Shown one piece after another: positions 58,556-64,000 of a stretch of 64,000 bases of DNA. Position numbers and translations under genes: made by a program. Source of the stretch: a virus; the IMG/VR virus record IMGVR_UViG_3300037346_000668, positions 18,936 through 82,935 of that record; one strand, 5' to 3'. The stretch's first letter is position 1. Every line of letters begins with the position of its first letter. The notes beneath the pieces are model-generated. The model was not told where the DNA came from and made no database searches. It saw only the letters and a list, made by a program, of their open reading frames with translations.

Positions 58556-59962
58556 TTAGTAGTTCATATTTCCAAATTTAGAACCACCATATTGATCATT
58601 AAGATTCTTAAGTCTGCTATCGGTAACAAATCTAGTCATTCTAACATCCTCTGGAGCTTTTACTTTCATAGTTTCTTTACTTACATCAGAATTATCACCA
58701 AGTATTCCACCCCTAAAAACACCGCCGACTATCTTACAGTTTATGTTCTTATTCTCACAATCTATAAAACAATCCTTAAGCTCGTTGCCATAATCAACTA
58801 TAGTAGCTTTTATTTTGGATGAGATTATTTTAGTACCTCCAAAGATGAAAGAATCTTCAACACATGATTTTTTTATAGAACAGTTATAAATATTACAATC
58901 TCTGACTGTTGCATTTTTTATGTCACATAATATAAGATCAACCCCGCTTATTTCGAATGCTCCTCTACTTCTGGCTTCCTTAACCTGACATCTACCAGTC
59001 GTAGTATCATAGTTAAAATAACATGAAGTTATATTACCATCAACTATAAGATCAAATATCTTATCTCTTATGGAGAAAAAGTAGGTTTTAACATTTTCGT
59101 CCCATCCTTTAAGATCTATAAAAATATGAAAGTCCGGGTAATTTCTAAAAAATATATCAGGATCGCTGAAAGATCTAACAACTTTAGAATATTTATTCAT
59201 CATCATCTGAAGAGTAGCAAGATCCTGCTTGTTATATCCGGAGATTCTTCCACTTAACATATCATAAAGATAAAGAATAATATAATCAATTATCTCTCTT
59301 ATATCCTTAATTTTTTTCTGATAATCTCTATTACCAAGATATCTGAATTCTATATAGCCTTTTGGTATTTTAGTAAAATTTACTCCATAGTACTTATCCT
59401 CAGGAACTTTGTACATTTTTGGGTCTATGGTAGTAATATTTTCAAGTATGGAGAATCTATTTCTAGGTAGTACCTTTTTAACAGATTTAGCATAGACGTT
59501 CTTTTCCCTGGAGCCAAACTTAGAATATATTAGGCCCTCGTCCAGACCTAATACAAACTTAAGTTTATCTATTGTCTCAATTTTATGCTTTACGTCTCTT
59601 CTGTTTTTATCGAAGCTGACTGAAAACTGGAATGCACATCTATCATTAGTCCATCCGTTTTCGTCTATCCATTTTAATATCTTTATTAAAATTGGAATTG
59701 CCTCCATGTATGGAAGTGGTCCAGTAATAAGTTCAACCATCTTATTGCCACCAGAATAATCTGGCTCCAACTTGAAGTTGTTTGCGTCTACTGGAGTTTT
59801 TGAGTGATATTTTTCAGAAACTATAACTTTTTTTTTGACAAGCTGGGATAATGCTTTAGCAGCCTTACCTTTTAAAAGGTCGGTATAAAATTCAAATTCA
59901 AATCCTATTACGGAGGAACTGAGTGCATTAAGCTTGTCAAAATGTGTTCTATTATCCGGCAT
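58556..59962 (-). CDS. Amidoligase-2 (COOH-NH2 ligase)-like domain, apparently degenerate, plus beta-helix-like repeats
   Basis: IGFEFEF, EPDYS, VELITGPL, KYYGVN and IEFR are present; the CGxHxH position reads CAFQFS. Confidence 0.6.
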   Translation of the reverse strand: MPDNRTHFDKLNALSSSVIGFEFEFYTDLLKGKAAKALSQLVKKKVIVSEKYHSKTPVDANNFKLEPDYSGGNKMVELITGPLPYMEAIPILIKILKWIDENGWTNDRCAFQFSVSFDKNRRDVKHKIETIDKLKFVLGLDEGLIYSKFGSREKNVYAKSVKKVLPRNRFSILENITTIDPKMYKVPEDKYYGVNFTKIPKGYIEFRYLGNRDYQKKIKDIREIIDYIILYLYDMLSGRISGYNKQDLATLQMMMNKYSKVVRSFSDPDIFFRNYPDFHIFIDLKGWDENVKTYFFSIRDKIFDLIVDGNITSCYFNYDTTTGRCQVKEARSRGAFEISGVDLILCDIKNATVRDCNIYNCSIKKSCVEDSFIFGGTKIISSKIKATIVDYGNELKDCFIDCENKNINCKIVGGVFRGGILGDNSDVSKETMKVKAPEDVRMTRFVTDSRLKNLNDQYGGSKFGNMNY

Positions 59963-61112
59963 CTACTACTTTAACGAATATTTTTCCCGAGATCGTTTCA
60001 ACCTCGTAGACAATAACAGTAACATCGTCTCCGACTCTTATGTTATTTCCTTTCTTACCCAGTTTATCCTGGGGAATTAATGCTAAAAGTCCAAGACCCT
60101 GTATTTCTACCAAAGCACCATTTTTCCTTTTATGTTTAACCTTTGCTTCCATAGGTTCAACTGTTCCGTCATTTACCTGCGATTCCAGATCTTGTATAAT
60201 AACATTTCTCTCCAATGGCTGATCCAAGGTAAGTGTCAATCTATTATTGTCCTTTATCTCCTTAACATAGAATTCTATTTCTATTCCTGGCGAAAGAGCA
60301 GCTAAACTATTACCTTCAGCAAATTCAGTTTTATGTATAAGACCAGTGTAAATATCATCCCATTCGACAAAAACCCCAAAATCGCTTTTTCCTGTAACAT
60401 ATCCCTTATATTTTTTAGTAAGATCAAGCTCCTGTATTTTAGAATCCATGATCCTATTAAGATACTTTTTATACGAAACGATAAAGATATCTTTGGCTTC
60501 CACATATCCTTCAATCATAACATGCATTTCCTTACCTATATAAGATTCAAAATCCGTTATCTTATTTGCAGCTGCTAATGATCCAGGCATAAAACATTTA
60601 ATACCAGATAATTCAGCAATATAACCGCCCTTATTAATACTAATAATCTTAACAAGATAGGCATTGCTTTCCTTCTTAATTTGCTCAAATAACTCAACTC
60701 TAAGACTCTGTATATAGTATTCAATTATGGAACCGGAGTAGCTTCCATTCATTTTTCTAACTCTAGCCTTAAGCTCCTCTCCCGGATAAAAACCTATCCC
60801 AGTTATATTCAATTTTTCTGCATCTCTTCTTTCCCTTTTGAGATCGATATAGATTGTTTGACCAGAATCAGTTTGAGCTAAAGCTTCATCAGCTTTAACA
60901 CTTATGATCGTACATGTATAAACTCCTCCATCAGAAAGATCCTTCGATCCGCCCTCAAACTTGTCATTACTTGCAAAATAGAGTTCCGCTAGCTCCTCAG
61001 CGTAAGGTTCGTGGCAATATATTTTAGATCCTGCCGGGGATTTGACTTTAGAATTGATAGATAAACCGTTAGGTAAGTCCCATTCAAAATTTTCTAAGTA
61101 ATCGAGATTCAT
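59952..61112 (-). CDS. Multi-S1-domain protein (ribosomal protein S1-like)
   Basis: S1 repeats NKGGYIAELSGIKCFMPGS, DFGVFVE...TGLIHKTE and GALVEI.GL..LIP. Confidence 0.8.
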   Translation of the reverse strand: MNLDYLENFEWDLPNGLSINSKVKSPAGSKIYCHEPYAEELAELYFASNDKFEGGSKDLSDGGVYTCTIISVKADEALAQTDSGQTIYIDLKRERRDAEKLNITGIGFYPGEELKARVRKMNGSYSGSIIEYYIQSLRVELFEQIKKESNAYLVKIISINKGGYIAELSGIKCFMPGSLAAANKITDFESYIGKEMHVMIEGYVEAKDIFIVSYKKYLNRIMDSKIQELDLTKKYKGYVTGKSDFGVFVEWDDIYTGLIHKTEFAEGNSLAALSPGIEIEFYVKEIKDNNRLTLTLDQPLERNVIIQDLESQVNDGTVEPMEAKVKHKRKNGALVEIQGLGLLALIPQDKLGKKGNNIRVGDDVTVIVYEVETISGKIFVKVVDAG

Positions 61113-61147
61113 TTTTTTTAGTTTTAGATGATTATACTTTACTATTA

Positions 61148-61176
61148 ATTATACTATATATCATATCTATAGTTTC
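61148..61176 (-). promoter_or_regulatory. GAAAC-N18-TATAAT promoter with a GATATATA motif (61155-61162) nested in its spacer
   Basis: Minus strand GAAACTATAGATATGATATATAGTATAAT. Confidence 0.55.
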
Positions 61177-61194
61177 TTTAAATTGCAGGTTTTT

Positions 61195-62946
61195 TTAGTA
61201 AACCAATGGTATAAATCCAATCATAGGAATAGGACCATTAGGACCAGGTATACCTCCACGATAAATAAATTTTAGTTCCAATAAATGCATAGAAAAAGAA
61301 TAGGCAAGAGCAGATGCTACCATTTTGGCGGCAATTTGTTTTTCATAGGGTTTTGTGAACCTTTTACCAGTATTAAAAGCTCTCTTTATATTATTACCCA
61401 GCATGGTTTGGCTTCCAAGATATATAGGAACATAAAGTCCACCCTGCGGGGCTGAAAATAAACAAGGGGGAGCACCTGGTTCATTGGTTAGCGGTTTCTG
61501 TGCACACGATTTCCAATAATCAATAACACCCTTAGCCATCATATTATAAGCATCATCTGGTTTGTCGGGATCCTCATTTTTTCTTGCTGCTTCAGCTATT
61601 TCATTTATCCATCTTATTTTAAGTTCTCTATATCTTTCCTCCTCTATTGAATACTGATTTATTTTATTCAAATCATGTCGTTCCTTTATCCGCCGAAGAT
61701 TAAATGTATTACCGCCAAAAACGCTATTAAAGGCATTACTATAATTGGAGCTAAATATACTTTTTTTGGAATTTTTAGAAAATAGACCAACAATCTCATC
61801 AGCATACTGATAGTTATTATTAAATTCCAGTTCTGCCTGATCTATAATGGTATCCGAATAATTTTGTTGCTTTAACATAGCTCTAAGATAGCCACCATCA
61901 TATTTCGAATATGTAAAATGTGTTACGAAATTAGCGGTTAGATAATCGGGTATTTTATTTGGATTACTTTGATGCTGATCCTGAAGAAGCTGATAAGTTA
62001 TATTAACGGATGGTAAATTATCGGAGATATCCTTTACTGATATTTTTCTATTGATTGTATCTGGCATCAATTCCTTAATGAATGTTCTATTGTATTGTTT
62101 ACTAAAATATGAGACCATTATTTTCGGAGAACCCGAAGAAGTAGCAACTGATATTATTTTACCATCTACTAGATCACCCTTCCAATATCCATCTTTCTCG
62201 CCTCCAGATAATCCCGCTCTATAAGTATTACTTTTTTCCTCTGTATTATCAATATTAATATCTCCCTTAGATTTAGAAAAAGCATCAGATTCCAGATCTC
62301 TATAAGTCTCAGTTTTATTCTTATATTTAGCATATCCCCTCACAAGATCACCTGGCTGCAGAGGTCTATTTGTCTCAATCTTTAATAAATTAATAACCTC
62401 ATTCATTATCAAATTTCCCCAATCTGAATATGAGCCAGTTCTTAAAGAATACATCCACTGAAGATATGATCCTGTCCCATCGAATTGGTGCAGTATCTTC
62501 CTTGCTATTTCTGTGACCGCTTGTTTTTTATCAGCTGGAAAATTTGGATACTGAGAAAAAAATTGGGAATAAACAAATGGCGGTATGGTTGACTTATTCT
62601 CCTCTGTCCAATCTCTAAAATCAAGGTCAACTTGATCAGCAGCTCCTGATATATCAATTTCGGGAGGCTGTACATCAAGATCTGCATATTCTGGACTTGT
62701 TTTTTTTTCATCAAAACTTAAATCACCATTCTCATATAGTATTTTAAATCCCTTCTTAAATCCATTAAACATAACATCATCCTTACCCTTTATATGAGTT
62801 TGACTATATGGGGATGCAGCTTTACCGACAGTCGCAGAAATGTATTCCTTTCTAAGAAAATCTGCCATCTCCTCATAGGACTTAATAGACTGAGATGTTA
62901 ATTTATCACTAACATTAGTTACGAATGTTCCCCAATCTGCTGCCAT
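61195..62946 (-). CDS. Hypothetical baseplate-region protein
   Basis: 583 aa ORF 2 nt downstream of the gp5-like gene. Confidence 0.6.
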   Translation of the reverse strand: MAADWGTFVTNVSDKLTSQSIKSYEEMADFLRKEYISATVGKAASPYSQTHIKGKDDVMFNGFKKGFKILYENGDLSFDEKKTSPEYADLDVQPPEIDISGAADQVDLDFRDWTEENKSTIPPFVYSQFFSQYPNFPADKKQAVTEIARKILHQFDGTGSYLQWMYSLRTGSYSDWGNLIMNEVINLLKIETNRPLQPGDLVRGYAKYKNKTETYRDLESDAFSKSKGDINIDNTEEKSNTYRAGLSGGEKDGYWKGDLVDGKIISVATSSGSPKIMVSYFSKQYNRTFIKELMPDTINRKISVKDISDNLPSVNITYQLLQDQHQSNPNKIPDYLTANFVTHFTYSKYDGGYLRAMLKQQNYSDTIIDQAELEFNNNYQYADEIVGLFSKNSKKSIFSSNYSNAFNSVFGGNTFNLRRIKERHDLNKINQYSIEEERYRELKIRWINEIAEAARKNEDPDKPDDAYNMMAKGVIDYWKSCAQKPLTNEPGAPPCLFSAPQGGLYVPIYLGSQTMLGNNIKRAFNTGKRFTKPYEKQIAAKMVASALAYSFSMHLLELKFIYRGGIPGPNGPIPMIGFIPLVY

Positions 62947-62948
62947 TA

Positions 62949-63626
62949 TTATTTAGTTTTGGATACTTGACTTAGATGCTGTTGATCAGTCATCGGTACA
63001 ATTGGTGTTCCTGATGGGCCAACACCGGTTGGATGCGTATGTGAATTAAAATATGTTAGAAATGTGCTACCTTTGACCAATTTTTCCACCGCACCTTCAC
63101 CAAGCTCGATATTATTACATTTAACTATGACTTTACTCTGCTCCATTCTTATTTCATCTTCACCCATTTTAACAAGTATTCGAAGTTCGCCACCATTTTG
63201 TGTATCTAATTGGACCTTAGCATCGCCCAAAGATATAACGAGCCCGTTTTTTCTGGTGTATATTATCTTTAGAGTTCCAGGTAATGCCTCTCCATCATAA
63301 AGTAAAGCTTGTGTTCCCTCGTACGAATTTTCTTCTTGCAGCTCTCTAGTAAGATCTGGTGATTGCTCCTTGATATAATCGTAAGTTATCTTATAGTAAT
63401 TCTCCTCTTCAAAATGTACAGAAACAACAGATCCTAATCTGGGAATAGATATATTACCACCACCAAATTCGGAGCCAAAAGACAATCCAGAATTTTGCTC
63501 CGCCCATGGTATATTTTCAACAGCAAGGTCATCAAACAATCCGAAAACCGCAACCCTTGCTCTTCCTTGTTTAAGAGGATCGTTAATATCTACTATTTCA
63601 CCAAGGTATGTTTTTTCACTAGGCAT
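62949..63626 (-). CDS. gp5: Baseplate spike, gp5/gpV-like (OB fold plus short beta region, no lysozyme)
   Basis: GEIVDINDPLKQGRARVAVFG...IPWA...IPRLGSVVSVHF; C-terminal FNSHTHP metal-tip motif. Confidence 0.78.
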   Translation of the reverse strand: MPSEKTYLGEIVDINDPLKQGRARVAVFGLFDDLAVENIPWAEQNSGLSFGSEFGGGNISIPRLGSVVSVHFEEENYYKITYDYIKEQSPDLTRELQEENSYEGTQALLYDGEALPGTLKIIYTRKNGLVISLGDAKVQLDTQNGGELRILVKMGEDEIRMEQSKVIVKCNNIELGEGAVEKLVKGSTFLTYFNSHTHPTGVGPSGTPIVPMTDQQHLSQVSKTK

Positions 63627-63628
63627 AA

Positions 63629-64000
63629 TTATATAAAATCATTTTTATCGGAATTGAATCCATCCATACTTATATTGTATTTATCGGTAGGTTTTAAGTT
63701 CCCAAGATTTAGAGGTTTTTCTAATGAAAAATCACCACTAGTTGGAGGATAAACTTTATCCATGTCACCTCTTGATATAGTATTGGTATTGATTGGTGGC
63801 TGACTATAGACGCTTCCTGGTTGTTGTTGAAAATTACTATTAGTGTTTATTTGTTGTCCGATATCCAAGGCAACACCTTGATTTGGATATACATTCTCAT
63901 TTACACCGCTATACATCCTAGCAGGAGCACCTAAATCAGGTCCTGGTGAAGTTGGGTATTCGTCACCACCAGGTGCAGAATACATCCTAGCAGGAGCACC
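63629..64000 (-). CDS. C-terminal part of a Pro/Gly-rich repeat protein (begins beyond window end)
   Basis: Frame is open to the window edge; GAPARMYS is repeated with a 23-aa period. Confidence 0.6.
   Translation of the reverse strand, partial: GAPARMYSAPGGDEYPTSPGPDLGAPARMYSGVNENVYPNQGVALDIGQQINTNSNFQQQPGSVYSQPPINTNTISRGDMDKVYPPTSGDFSLEKPLNLGNLKPTDKYNISMDGFNSDKNDFI
63911..64000. repeat. Direct repeat ATACATCCTAGCAGGAGCACC at 63911 and 63980 (69-nt period)
   Basis: Two identical 21-nt copies seen directly. Confidence 0.85.

Noticed and set aside
1400-63752. Numerous short opposite-strand or nested ORFs in the track (e.g. 3076..3507, 18895..19287, 48945..49451)
   Set aside because: They are shadows of well-supported genes, with no motifs or initiation context.
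1-64000. Alternative genetic code (stop-codon reassignment as in some large phages)
   Set aside because: Very long ORFs are intact in code 11, and TAA, TAG and TGA all occur as stops at tightly packed gene boundaries.
63911-64000. CRISPR array (21-nt repeat with 48-nt spacer)
   Set aside because: The period is a multiple of 3, in frame within a coding repeat; the repeat is not palindromic and no cas genes are present.
1-64000. tRNA/rRNA genes, integrase, transposase, DGR reverse transcriptase
   Set aside because: None recognisable; intergenic gaps are mostly too short and no cloverleaf or RT motifs were seen.
1-64000. Apparent abundance of GATC/RGATCY sites
   Set aside because: Impression only; it can arise from Asp-Leu, Asp-Pro and Gly-Ser codon usage and needs a Markov-corrected count that I cannot run.

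Overview
AT-rich, gene-dense 64 kb segment of a large (probably jumbo) T4-related myophage. It uses the standard genetic code and is almost entirely encoded on the minus strand. The left part (1-17.8 kb) covers nucleotide metabolism, replication and recombination: nrdA/nrdB, gp56-like dCTPase/dUTPase, the N-terminal half of a split family-B DNA polymerase, an MBD4-like glycosylase, UvsW, UvsY, primase, gp32 and a RuvC-like nuclease. Interleaved with these are proteins carrying T4-like capsid-targeting/prohead-protease motifs, including an RNA-ligase/HIGH-nucleotidyltransferase fusion and a pol-beta nucleotidyltransferase. The right part (17.8-64 kb) is a tail/baseplate/fibre region (gp3, gp13, gp25, gp6, gp7-like, gp5-like, collagen-containing fibres, one with a C-terminal Hint domain) with PhoH, an S1-domain protein and a degenerate amidoligase. 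Hc1-like and DUF4494-like genes, delta-60/PKD/propeller domains and SD-less A-rich leaders point to a Bacteroidota host (inference). The best candidate for an undescribed system is phage-encoded virion O-glycosylation: a glycosyltransferase with plant SERGT1/HPAT-like motifs lies next to structural genes with mucin-like poly-Thr tracts, and a G-x-T-G motif is strongly over-represented across the structural proteins. Two promoter classes were read directly from the intergenic DNA (GATATATA; GRAAC-N17/18-TAWAAY). All family calls come from motif recognition by eye; no searches were run.
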